Positions 13,758-23,595 of a stretch of DNA of 64,000 nt are shown one piece after another (position 1 is the stretch's first letter; each line of letters opens with the position of its first letter). The position numbers and the translations under genes were made by a program. This stretch comes from Scyliorhinus canicula (Eukaryota). The notes beneath the pieces were generated by a model, which did no database searches, was not told the DNA's origin, and saw nothing but the letters and a program-made list of their open reading frames with translations. The DNA lies in contig NC_052151.1 in NCBI RefSeq assembly GCF_902713615.1, positions 168,907,050 to 168,971,049 on the forward strand, given 5' to 3'.

Positions 13758-14128
13758 ACAAACAAAGAACAAAGAAATGTACAGCGCAGGAACAGGACCT
13801 TCGGCCCTCCACGCCTGCGCCAACCATGCTGCCCGTCTGAACTAAAATCCTCTCCACTTCCGGGGTCCGTATCCCTCCATTCCCGTCCTATTCATGTATT
13901 TATCAAGATGCCTCTTAAACGTCACTATCATCCCTGCTTCCACCAACTCCTCTGGCAGCGAGTTCCAGGCACCCACTACCCTCTATGTAAAAAAACTTGC
14001 CTCGTACATCTCCTCTAAACCTTGCCCGCGCACCTTAAACCTATGCCCCCTAATAATTGACCCCTCTACCCTGGGAAAAAGTCTCTGACTATCCACTCTG
14101 TCTGTGCCCCTCATAATTTTGTAGACCA
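13758..14128 (-). mobile_element. CR1 LINE 3' end
   Basis: ACAAAGAACAAAGAAA tail repeat followed by a typical CR1 3' UTR/ORF2 end; ORF 13542..13823 starts MAQAWRAEGPVPALY. Confidence 0.85.
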
Positions 14129-14619
14129 ACCATGATGAAATCAAATTATGGAGCAGGCTTGATCAGCTGAATGGACTGCTCCAACTCCTATTTCTCACCA
14201 TTGTATGTAAGGCTGAAAAATGTCATTGTGTATTTAAATATTGCCTTCATAATGAGTAAGATGCTTTATAGTGTGCATGCTTAAAGTTTCTAATAGTCAC
14301 ATGATATGCACAGGTCCAAATTATTTGATTTTATTTCCTTCATGGTGCAATGAAATATGATCTTGAATAAACCCAACAAACAGAGGTATATAAGCAATAA
14401 TTTGCTGTGTTGAACTTTTTATTGTTATTGTGGATGACTTAGAACATGACTAACATATTTGCTGGCCGACAGGAGAGTGCAAAGTGTTGACCTATCCCTT
14501 AGTAGTTAAGGAGTAGTTAGGGTCAATATCACCATCAATCAACAATATTAAACTGATAACCAAACTAGTTAGCATCTTTGTTGGCCCAAGGTACTATGTT
14601 GTGTGGGATTACATAGACT

Positions 14620-15560
14620 ACATGGCACAGTAAAGGGACATTTGAAAAAACCAGTCCATTCTGGTGATAATGCTCCACTTGAGTATCCTCTTCCTTTTCT
14701 CAGCTACATCTGTCAGCAGAACGCTTGTAAGATGTATCTTTAATAAAGACATGGGGGCGGCGGGTTGGGAGTGGTCCACACTGACTAAAATTAAGAACAA
14801 GTTTCATTAATATGCAGGATATGTACACTTCCCGGTACCCCTACTGGGGTTCTGTCTGGTCGGTGCCTTACTGGCCAATCAGAAATATACCGGGTAATTG
14901 GGCGGGGTGGGGGACAGGGACGGGGACGGGGGGAGGGGGGGGGGGGAGAGAAGGGGGAGGTGGGGGGAGAGGAGGGGGGGGGGGGGGGGGGGGGGCGGGG
15001 TGCTTATATTCTGCAAAGAACATGGGATAGACAAGCATTCCCACCCTGTATGTCTTTTGCGGGATATTACAGTAACCCTCTACCCCGATAAGTTACTCTA
15101 CGTTTCGGACAAAAGAATTATGAGAAATATTGAAACAACACCCAAAGCTGAGGTTAAACACAAAGTACCAATACTAAGGTTTGGACAATACAATACTCCC
15201 ATTATATTGCGACCATTAAAAATACAACGATGCAAATCTGTTACAGAGATTCATCGATATGATTATCCAGCCACCAGTTAACCTCCTGCCATTCGTACAT
15301 TTTCGCAGCTGATTAAGCTGCCCTACTTGAACTTTGAATAGCTCTTTTCAATGATTTTTATATCTTTCTTTCTAAGGTGGGAAAGATGTTTCTTTGTCAA
15401 GATCATATCACCCTATCAAAATCCAGCTTAAGCTAGAAATGTCAAATGAAGTCTCTAATTCTTTGTTCAAACTACAATATTAGATAATGCTTTACAATGC
15501 CCACCTGTTTAAACTTCTTTCAGTAATTCCATCCCTCATTGGTGTTAATATGAAGATCTT
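14620..15560 (-). mobile_element. L1/Tx1-like LINE ORF2 fragments with a G-rich tract
   Basis: Degenerate coding-like sequence with LINE ORF2 character; no intact motif. Confidence 0.4.
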
Positions 15561-15610
15561 GATCCGTAAATAGAATAGTACTTTCCTTCCTTGGTCAGAG
15601 GCTGCGTATA

Positions 15611-15638
15611 TACACACACACACACACGCACACAAACA
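15611..15638. repeat. (CA)n microsatellite
   Basis: Direct reading. Confidence 0.9.
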
Positions 15639-15697
15639 TAGAGGCAGGCCAGTTTGTATCACTCCATCACAGTTTTCAGAATAAATAAGTTAGCTAA

Positions 15698-16004
15698 TGT
15701 GGTGATCTCCATATGTATAGCAATGTATATAGTTGGATGTGTGACCTCCAACCAGCAGGTGGGGATGGTGATCCACCATGTAACTCCACAGCTCCACAGA
15801 TTAGGATTTGGTAGTAAATCATATTGGAGGACAGTTGCATGAGATGTAGCTCCAGGAGAATTCACTTATTTATTACCGTCTGTATTAGAGTTCATTAGTT
15901 ATCTTTCCACATGTTCATTTTGTTAATAAACTACCTTACTAATCAAAGAACTATATGTTCTTTACCACGGCCCTATTATATTCTGTGCATAATAGAATAT
16001 AACA
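15698..16004 (+). repeat. 5' LTR
   Basis: TGTGGTGAT...AATATAACA; aligns with 19572-19867 at roughly 85% by eye; contains AATAAA. Confidence 0.95.
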
Positions 16005-16017
16005 TGGCACCAAGAGT
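16005..16017 (+). promoter_or_regulatory. Primer binding site, probably tRNA-Leu(TAA)
   Basis: TGGCACCAAGAGT directly after the LTR; 11/13 match to TGGTACCAGGAGT, the complement of the vertebrate tRNA-Leu(TAA) 3' end as recalled. Confidence 0.7.
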
Positions 16018-16148
16018 ATAAAATAATTGAAAATAACTACAGAGAAGACAGGATGAAACAGACTGAAGAAAGAAAAAGAAAATTCTTCCACCTATCTGGT
16101 AAACTACGGGAAACTGGAACTCCATGCACGGAAAGACTAAAGTTAGAT

Positions 16149-16960
16149 TTGGAAGGGCTGACAACAACTCACCAGCTTCAAGTCACCAGTAATGTAGACG
16201 AGAATTGACGTGTTTTAAGCAGCAATTCAAACTCAGTGTTGTAGCCCTTGGCCTGCAGGCACAGCCTGACAAGAGTCCAATTGCATTGCTGCTCATAGTA
16301 GCAGCTCCTCAGCAATTGAAATTTACAATACATTCGCGTTCGATAGCGAAGGATAAAGCAAAACCTTCGATGAAGTAATAGAATACGTTGATCGACATTG
16401 CTCCCCAAAAAGAAATGAAACATTCCAGCGGTATATCTTTCGCAAGTCTACTCAGAAGGTGGGCAAATCGTTCGATAGTGTTCCAACCGAAGACGCAGTC
16501 GTGCAATTTTAATACATTAAAGATGTTGTGATCCGTGATTGGGATATCGAATGACAAGGTACGCGAGAGGCTTTTGAGGGAAGAAGACCTTCAATTAGAA
16601 AACACTCTGGAGATTTGTCATGTGAGCAAGCTAGCTGCACAGCAGATTAGTACGCTGAACCTGAAACATTTTGGCGCCAATGTACATGAAGACGCCAGCT
16701 TAGTGACGCATTCCAATAAGAAATGTTATCCCAGTGTGGGTGGCCATTTTAAACAGCCGACCAGATCCACCATTTTGTGCGCGTGATGTGGCAATTGACA
16801 TGAGCCACGGCAATGTCCAGCTTTTGGGAAAGAGTGTTCAAAGTGTGGCATAACAAATCATTTTGCGAAGCAACGTTTTTCACATCCAACAATGGACCAA
16901 ACCAGATCAGTCAACATGGTTGATGAGATGTGCATTGAATACCTGTTTTTCGTTGATCTG
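16149..16960 (+). pseudogene. gag: Gypsy gag with two zinc knuckles (stops and frameshifts)
   Basis: FKQQF..IALLL..AIEIYNTF..PKRNETFQRYIF..IGISNDKVRERLLREEDL; CxxC..H..CPAFGKECSKCG..NHFA at ~16777-16880. Confidence 0.9.
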
Positions 16961-17040
16961 ACTTTGACTGAGGACACGATAGGTTTGAATATGCAGTCTT
17001 ACTTACCAGTTGCAGCAATAGTGATGGTGATGCTGACACC

Positions 17041-17346
17041 ATGGAAGACAGATGGATAATACCATTGATGCTGGATGGCATTTTAATTAAATGCAAGCTT
17101 GACATGGGAGCGAGGTCCAACATTCTCAGTTTCATAGATTTGATCAGGCTGAGAGTCAAACCGACAGCCATCAATCAAACAAGTCTGCTGAGAGACTACA
17201 ATGGGATGGAGATTGCAACATTAGGCGCATGTGAGCTCGCAGCATGGGTACACAACAGAAGTCACACCCTATCATTTTCCATTGTGGACGTGGAATGGGA
17301 GTCCATCATAGGAGCTGAAGCATGCCAGGCAATGAACCTAGTTTAG
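17041..17346 (+). pseudogene. Retropepsin aspartic protease (active site D-T-G reads D-M-G)
   Basis: CKLDMGARSNI...LRDYNG..I.TLG...IIGAEACQAMNLV. Confidence 0.9.
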
Positions 17347-17370
17347 CAGCTGTACATTCCAGACAGCGCA

Positions 17371-18276
17371 GTGACAGAGGATCATTGCAAGTGGCAACGA
17401 GATGAAGTGGAACAGTTATCCGATTAGATAAAAGCAAAAGTCAAGGTGGAGGAAGATGAACCAGATGAAGAGATGGAGGAGCCAAAAGCAATTCCAGAAT
17501 TCTGGTTGATAGTCTTAAAAAATGTGGATTTGCTCAATGACATGATACAGGAGAATGCTGAGCCTTTCTTAAAGCATTTACAAGATTTACAGGTGAAATG
17601 TTCAGATCCTGGACAGCCAATGAGTTTTACTCTGGAGGATACATTTGAGCCAAATGAGTATTTTACAAATGAAGCAGTGACAAAAACATACCAGATGGCG
17701 TCACAGTCTGATGAGTCTGATTTTTTTTTCTTGGATGAAGCAGAAATCATTGGATGCACAGGGTGCCAGAACGACTGGAAGAAAGGAAAAAATATCACAT
17801 TGAAAACAATGAAGCAGGAGCATCAGGGCCAGAGCACTGGTAGAACAGTTACAAAAACTGTACCAAATGACTCTTTCTTCAATTTAATTAGTCCTCCTGA
17901 AGTTCCAGAGGATGGGGAACTGGATGAAGGTTCTGCGGCAAGACTCACTGCTGATTTTGAAATTGGTCATTTCATGCAGGAACACATAATTCCACAAGTA
18001 GTGTTGTACTTCACAAGAGAAGCTACAGCAGACGATAATGATGATGATTACGATGGTGATGAAGAAGATTACGATGAGGAAAGTGAAGAATCAGATGATA
18101 AGCCAGAAGAGGAAGACTATGAAAGTTTATTTAGTTTATTTGGCATTAGTGATGAGGTGATAATGAATAGCATCCAATCTGAGCAGAACAACGATGAGTG
18201 TGAAAGTTTGAAGATGGAGTGTGCAGAGGCTGAAAGTGAGATTGCAACAGCAAACAAATTATCTGAGAGCGAATAA
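17371..18276 (+). pseudogene. NAP1L1: Intronless, 5'-truncated NAP1L1 (nucleosome assembly protein 1-like) retrocopy; open from 17428 to 18276
   Basis: IPEFW..KNVDLL.DM.QE..EP.LKHL, GQPMSF, FEPNEYFTN, TKTY, IGCTGCQ.DWKKGKN.TLKT, NDSFFN, ADFEIGHF, IIP..VLYFT and acidic tail are collinear with vertebrate NAP1L1. In-frame TAG at 17425-17427. Confidence 0.93.
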
Positions 18277-18716
18277 ACTGTGAACAGCCAAATGGTGACT
18301 GAAGAAATAATCCCCATTTTGGAGAAAGTGGCTCCAGAGAAGTACGATGAATTATCCACGGAAAGGTTCCTGCAATGGATTCACAAGTATTCAAGGCCAG
18401 TCCAAAAAAAAACTTGCAGCAAGAACATATGAATACATTTTCATGCAGTTCTACAACAACAGATGAATCATTATATCAGATGAGGATGATCCACTAATTT
18501 AGACTCAAACACAAAGTGAAGTATTGAGGACATTGATCTAGCTAAGATACTGGAATGTGAGTGTTTGCAGATCATTCCTGAAGTTGCAAACTTGCCTGCA
18601 ACTGTGGATGCTCCAAGAGTATTCCGACATTAGATGCCTCACCTGTTGTTGGGCACGCAGTACAGCGTTCGTTCACAAGCACCATGGATCAACCAAAATA
18701 CCCCAATCCAGCAAAG

Positions 18717-18893
18717 GCTCCAGAATCAGCTATTGTGGCAGTAGAGTCAGAAACAACTTTCACAGCAGATGATCCAGAGACAGCTATTATTGCAGAAGAT
18801 CCAGACACAGCTATTCCAGTAGATGATCTAGAAGCAGCTGTTGCAGCAAAAGATCCAGAAGCAGCCATTGCAACAAGGGGTCCAGAAACAACT
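18717..18893 (+). repeat. 27-bp coding tandem repeat, about 6.5 units (D-P-E-T/A-A-I-x-A-x)
   Basis: GATCCAGARRCAGCTATT-like units at 27-bp spacing within ORF 18684..18944. Confidence 0.85.
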
Positions 18894-19206
18894 AAACCCT
18901 TGACCGAGACCAATAGCCAGAATGATGCTCTAGGTGCACAGTGAGATGCGAGTGTGAATCGCAAAAATTTCACTGATGATGCCACTAAAGCTAAGAAGAA
19001 AAGGAGAAGGAAAGTGCTGATTATAAAAAAGAGAAGGAAGGATAAGAGAAGAGTTGAGGACACAGTTGCTCGACTGGGTAGCAGACGCGACAGTGAAGAC
19101 ACAAGCATCGGCAATAAGGCCAATATGCAAGAACACACACTGTGTAGGAAGCATCGCTTCAAAAGGCTGAAAGAGATGGTGATTCAAAGACCAGCCAGAA
19201 AACCAG

Positions 19207-19376
19207 GGCTGGATTCTCCGCCCCGCCACACCACATTTCTGGCCCGACCCGCTGGTGGGATTCTCCGTTACGCCGGCTGGTCAATGGGGTTTCCCATTGT
19301 GGGGCAGCCCCACGCCATCAGGAAACCCCCTGGGCGCCGGCAAAACGGAGAATCCTGCCTGCGGAAAATCATGCCC
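19207..19376. mobile_element. Short Harbinger MITE nested in the LTR element, TSD CAG
   Basis: GGCTGGATTCTCC...GGAAAATCATGCCC flanked by CAG at 19204-19206 and 19377-19379. Confidence 0.9.
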
Positions 19377-19559
19377 CAGGTCTTTCGAAAGATGAAACAA
19401 GGTCATGTGTTTGGTTAAGATTTAGGAGATCAACAAGAAGATGCCATTAACCTGAAAGACTGAACATGTAACGAACTGTGTACAAGGGACACGTTTGAAA
19501 TTGTTACGCATGTCATGTTTTGTAATGCACAGTTAGATTTGTTAAACATTCACATTTCC

Positions 19560-19571
19560 AAAGGAAGGGGA
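19560..19571 (+). promoter_or_regulatory. Polypurine tract
   Basis: AAAGGAAGGGGA immediately before the 3' LTR. Confidence 0.85.
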
Positions 19572-19867
19572 TGTGGTGATATGCATCCGCATAGCAATGT
19601 ATATCATTGGATGTTTGACCTCCAACCAGCAGGTGGGGTGTGGTGATCCTTTATGTGACTCCACAGATCAGGAGTTGGTAGTAAGTTATACTAGAGGGCG
19701 GTTTGCATTAGAAGTAGCCCCAGGAGAATTCACTTATTTGTTACTGTCTGTATTAGAGTTTGTTAGTTATCTTTCCACGTGTTCATTTTGTTAATAACTA
19801 TCTTACTAATCAAAGAACTAGATGTTCTGTGCGCACCTTTACCACAGCCACAACACAGAACATAGCA
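19572..19867 (+). repeat. 3' LTR
   Basis: TGTGGTGATATGCAT...AGAACATAGCA followed by TSD GCTAA. Confidence 0.95.
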
Positions 19868-20259
19868 GCTAACAGATATTTTGGCGCTGTTTTATTTGTG
19901 TACTTGAAGCTTCTCCAAAGTTCTAAATTGGCGTAAAAAAAAGCTTTGAAATATATTTGTTCAATGGTTGCAACCCTACTTTGACTTCTGACTCTTTTGC
20001 TAAACATTCTATAGCCTTAAAATGTTGCAGACCAATGACCCTTATTATTTGTGAAGAAATAAAACATCCTTCAGTTGTTAACAGGTTATCTTTCATTCAA
20101 AAAGCCCTTTTGGCCTTCACAATACATGTTGGTCAGATTCAGTCAGTTTCTGTGCTCCAGTACACAGCCAGCGGCATTCTGTATTTCATTTCAAATATTA
20201 ATGCTCCTCCTGCGTTGAATGAGTTCCTCTAATCTCAATCACAAATTTCACTTCAAAGC

Positions 20260-21700
20260 ATGATTAAGTCGGTCAAAGATATTACAGCATCTTCCAGCCT
20301 CTATTCCCTTCTCCCTCATATGCTTGTCTAGTTTCTTGTTAAATGAATCTATAGTGCTCATTTCAGCCACTCCCTCCGGCACTGATTCTCACCACTTGTT
20401 GGCTAAAGAAATTGCTCCTGCATTCTCGGTGACTATCTTATATTGGTGGCCTCTAGTTGTGCTCTTTCACACAAGATGAAGTATTACTGCAGCATCCACT
20501 CTATCAAAACCTTTCATAATTTTAAAGACCCTTATTCGGTCACAGCTGGCTTCTTTCAAGTAAAAGAGACCCAACCTGTCAATCTTTTCCTGATATGTCT
20601 ACTCAAGCATTTACTGTAATCAGCCTCATAAATCTCTGCACCCCCAGTGCCTCTGTACCATTTTTATAATATGGTAACCAGAACTGTAGGAATGGTCAAA
20701 ACAAAGATATATGACCGGTTGATTGTAACTGCTTGGTTTCCTCTTTGCTAATCTGTGGAGCGACTTATTTCTGGTCTGTGGAACTCAAAAATCCCTTTAT
20801 TCCTCTTTACCGACTAGACATGCACCTTCCAAAGTAGTAGTTTTCCCCTGCTGAAATGTACTGCCTCACATTTATGCATGGTTATCTTCATTTACTCATT
20901 CTGCAGATTTATCAATGTCCTCCTGTAATTTATTGCATTCTCTTCATTAACTTGGTGTCATCCACAAATTTTGAAATTGTGTTTTTGATTTTAAATCATG
21001 AATGTAAATTATGATCAGCAATGCTCAAAGCACTTCCCACCTTCCCACTTCCCGACTTCTGGCACTCTGAGTAATTATCTTTATTTCCAACTTTTTCTTC
21101 CTGTCAAGTAGCAATCCATTCAGCCACTTCTAACCTTACTCCATATTTTCAAGCTTATTCGTTAGTCTGTTCTGGGGCACCTTATTCAAGACTTTTGGAA
21201 AATCCAGTACATCTACAAGATTAGCATTCTCTACTCCCCATTACCTCCTTAAAACATTCAATTAGGCTGGTCAGGCAAGATTTTCCCTTCTGAAATTCAT
21301 GCTGACTGTTCATTGTGATTTTGTTTGATTCTAGATGTTCTTTTATTCTTTCCCTTAGTAGGGGTTCCATTATTTCTCTTACCATCAATGTTAAGCTGAC
21401 TGATCTACAATTTCTGTGTTCTGTTTCCCTTCTTAAATATCGGAATTAGATTAACTATCTCACAGTACTCTGGCACAGAACCTTTTTCCAACAATTCTTA
21501 ACTATGAGTTGCATTGTCTTTCCTGCCTCTTGCCTAGATTATTTAAAAATATGTGGATGCAATCTATCCAGATCAGGGGTATCCCCCTTCTGTTTGTTTA
21601 GTTTATTCAATATTTCCTTTTTCATTTAATGTGCATATCCCATTGCCCTCAACTCATCATTCAATGCCATTTCTAACCTCCCTAGTAAAAACTAAAACAG
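20260..21700 (-). mobile_element. Old CR1 LINE fragments
   Basis: Degenerate RT segments on minus (KFVDDTK-like near 20950-20975; DF.K.LNKVP near 21170-21210). Confidence 0.7.
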
Positions 21701-21879
21701 AATAATGGGCTGGATTCCCCGCTGCCCGACACACTCAGACATTCTCTGCCTGAGGCAACAGTTGTCAGGGACCAGTGAGTTTTAAAGCAGTGATCTTTTT
21801 CATTGATTCTGTCTAGGTTGCACTTTAGCTTCCTGGCAGGGGTCTCTGTTATGGGGGATCTCTGTCTGGTGGTGGTGGG

Positions 21880-21911
<32 letters not shown>

Positions 21912-22183
21912 CTGGTGAGGATGCGGTGGGAAGGTAAGTACAGCGTTATCAAAAAACAGCATCGGTACCCGGCATCAATCCTTTGCCGATGCTCTGCTGG
22001 TGGCAGCATCGAGGTTTGTGCCTTGTTCCAAAAGGGTTTTGCACATCGGTCAAATCGACCCATTTGCATCATATGAACCAGATGGGCACCAAATTCTCTC
22101 TGTCTCTGTGATTCACCTGTCCTCTCGATCAGAATTCATGTGGTCGTGGATTGGTGCAGGTAGTTGTCAGAATAGCCCTGGCA

Positions 22184-22439
22184 TGAGGGACCTCATGGTG
22201 GGCCAAGGAAGTAGGTCTTTCAGGTCGGTGCTCTCAAAGTCCAAAGGCTTTATTACGCAGAGTTGTGGAGCCTCCCGCAGCTGCTGCTGAAATGGCTGCA
22301 GCTCGGAGAGCCCACACATTTATACTCCGCCTGCTGGACGGAGCCAGCAGGCAGGGATCTACCCCCGTACCTGTAGTACAAGGGCCTTACCGTAATACCC
22401 TCGTATGCAGTATATAATACAACAGTGGTGATTACCACA
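22184..22439 (-). repeat. 3' LTR of the Gypsy element
   Basis: TG start next to the PPT; TATAAA and AATAAA on minus; left limit approximate. Confidence 0.75.
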
Positions 22440-22519
22440 TTCACCCCCTGTTAAAAAGGAGTCCAGCGGGGGTGGTGGAAACTATTTACATACAGGTTGT
22501 TAAAAACATTTTGAAAGAG

Positions 22520-23590
22520 TCGACAAATTTAGACGGTCGGGCGCCTTGATCCGCCATTGCGAGCGCCGCAGGTGTGGTGTTGATGCTGGCGTTGGTTCGG
22601 TCGTCGGTGACTCCAGGAGCGTCATCTTCATCCACGGGTGGGACCAAGGGGAGGGTAGATCATCCTGGAACGGGGGCTGTGGCGGGGTGCGCCGGGGGAG
22701 GGGGGGGGCTGTGCGGGGACCCGGCTGGTGCCAGGTCCGGGAGGGAGACTGTGTCTTGGTGGCCGTCGCGGTACGTGCGGGTTCGCGTGGCGTAGCTGTA
22801 CCCTCTCAACCAACGGGTCCGCCTTGTGGAGCCACACGCGCTTACAGAGGAGAACGGGTCCTGGAGCTGCCAGCCATGTTGGGAGCGAAACCCCGAAGGT
22901 GGACTTCCTAGGGAAGGCAAAGAGACGTTCATGGGGAGTTTCGTTAGTCGCAGTACACAGGGGCGACCAAATGGAGTGAAGGGTATCGGGGAGGACCTCC
23001 TGCCAGCGGGAGGCCGGGAGATTTCTGGACCATAGGGCCAGCTGGACGCCTTCCAGACCTTCCCATTCTCCCGCTCCACCTGCCCGTTTCCCCGGGGGTT
23101 GTAGCTGGTCGTCCTGCTCGAGGCAATGCCCCTGTTGAATAGGTACTGGCACAGCTCATCGCTCATGAATGAGGATTCCCAGTCGCTGTGGATGTAGGCG
23201 GGGAAACCGAACAGAGCGAAGATGGTGTTAAGGGCTTTGATGACGGTGGCAAACGTCATGTCGGGGCATGGGACGGTGAAGTGGAATCGCGAATACTCGT
23301 CGACCACATTGAGAAAATACGTGTTGTGGTTGGTGGAGGGAAGGGACCCTTTGAAGTCCACGCTGAGGCGTTCAAAGGGGTGGGAGGCCTTCACCAGGCA
23401 TGCATGGTCCGGCCGGTAGAAGTGCGGCTTACACTCTGTGCAGACCTGGCAATCTCTGTTGATAGCCCTGAATTCCTTGATGGAATAGGGCAGATTGTGG
23501 TCCTTTATGAAGTGGTAAAAGCAGGTGACCCCTGGGTGACAGAGATCGTCGTGGAGGGTGTGGAGTCGGTCTACTTGTGCGCTGGCACAT
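22520..23590 (-). pseudogene. Gypsy integrase (HHCC, DDE core, C-terminal LRRSQWRIKAPDRLNL)
   Basis: ORF 22660..23394 PFERLSVDFKG..VVDEYSRF..IHSD..YNPRGNGQVEREN; frameshifted. Confidence 0.92.
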
Positions 23591-23595
23591 GTACC

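Larger units (their letters stand above)
15698..19867 (+). mobile_element. Complete non-autonomous Gypsy-type LTR element carrying a captured NAP1L1 in place of RT/RH/IN
   Basis: Two similar LTRs with TG..CA ends; exact 5-bp TSD GCTAA (15693-15697 and 19868-19872); PBS; PPT; gag, protease and NAP domains. Confidence 0.95.

Noticed and set aside
14898-15000. G-run as a functional G-quadruplex element
   Set aside because: Low-complexity tract inside a LINE remnant; similar runs recur in repeats (1606-1626, 21882-21905, 52455-52560) and homopolymer lengths may be assembly-dependent.
17446-18276. Calling this the host NAP1L1 gene
   Set aside because: It is intronless, lacks the N-terminus and CKQQ end, has substitutions at conserved sites, and sits between LTRs.
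18717-18893. CRISPR-like array
   Set aside because: Contiguous degenerate coding repeats with no spacers, in a vertebrate context.
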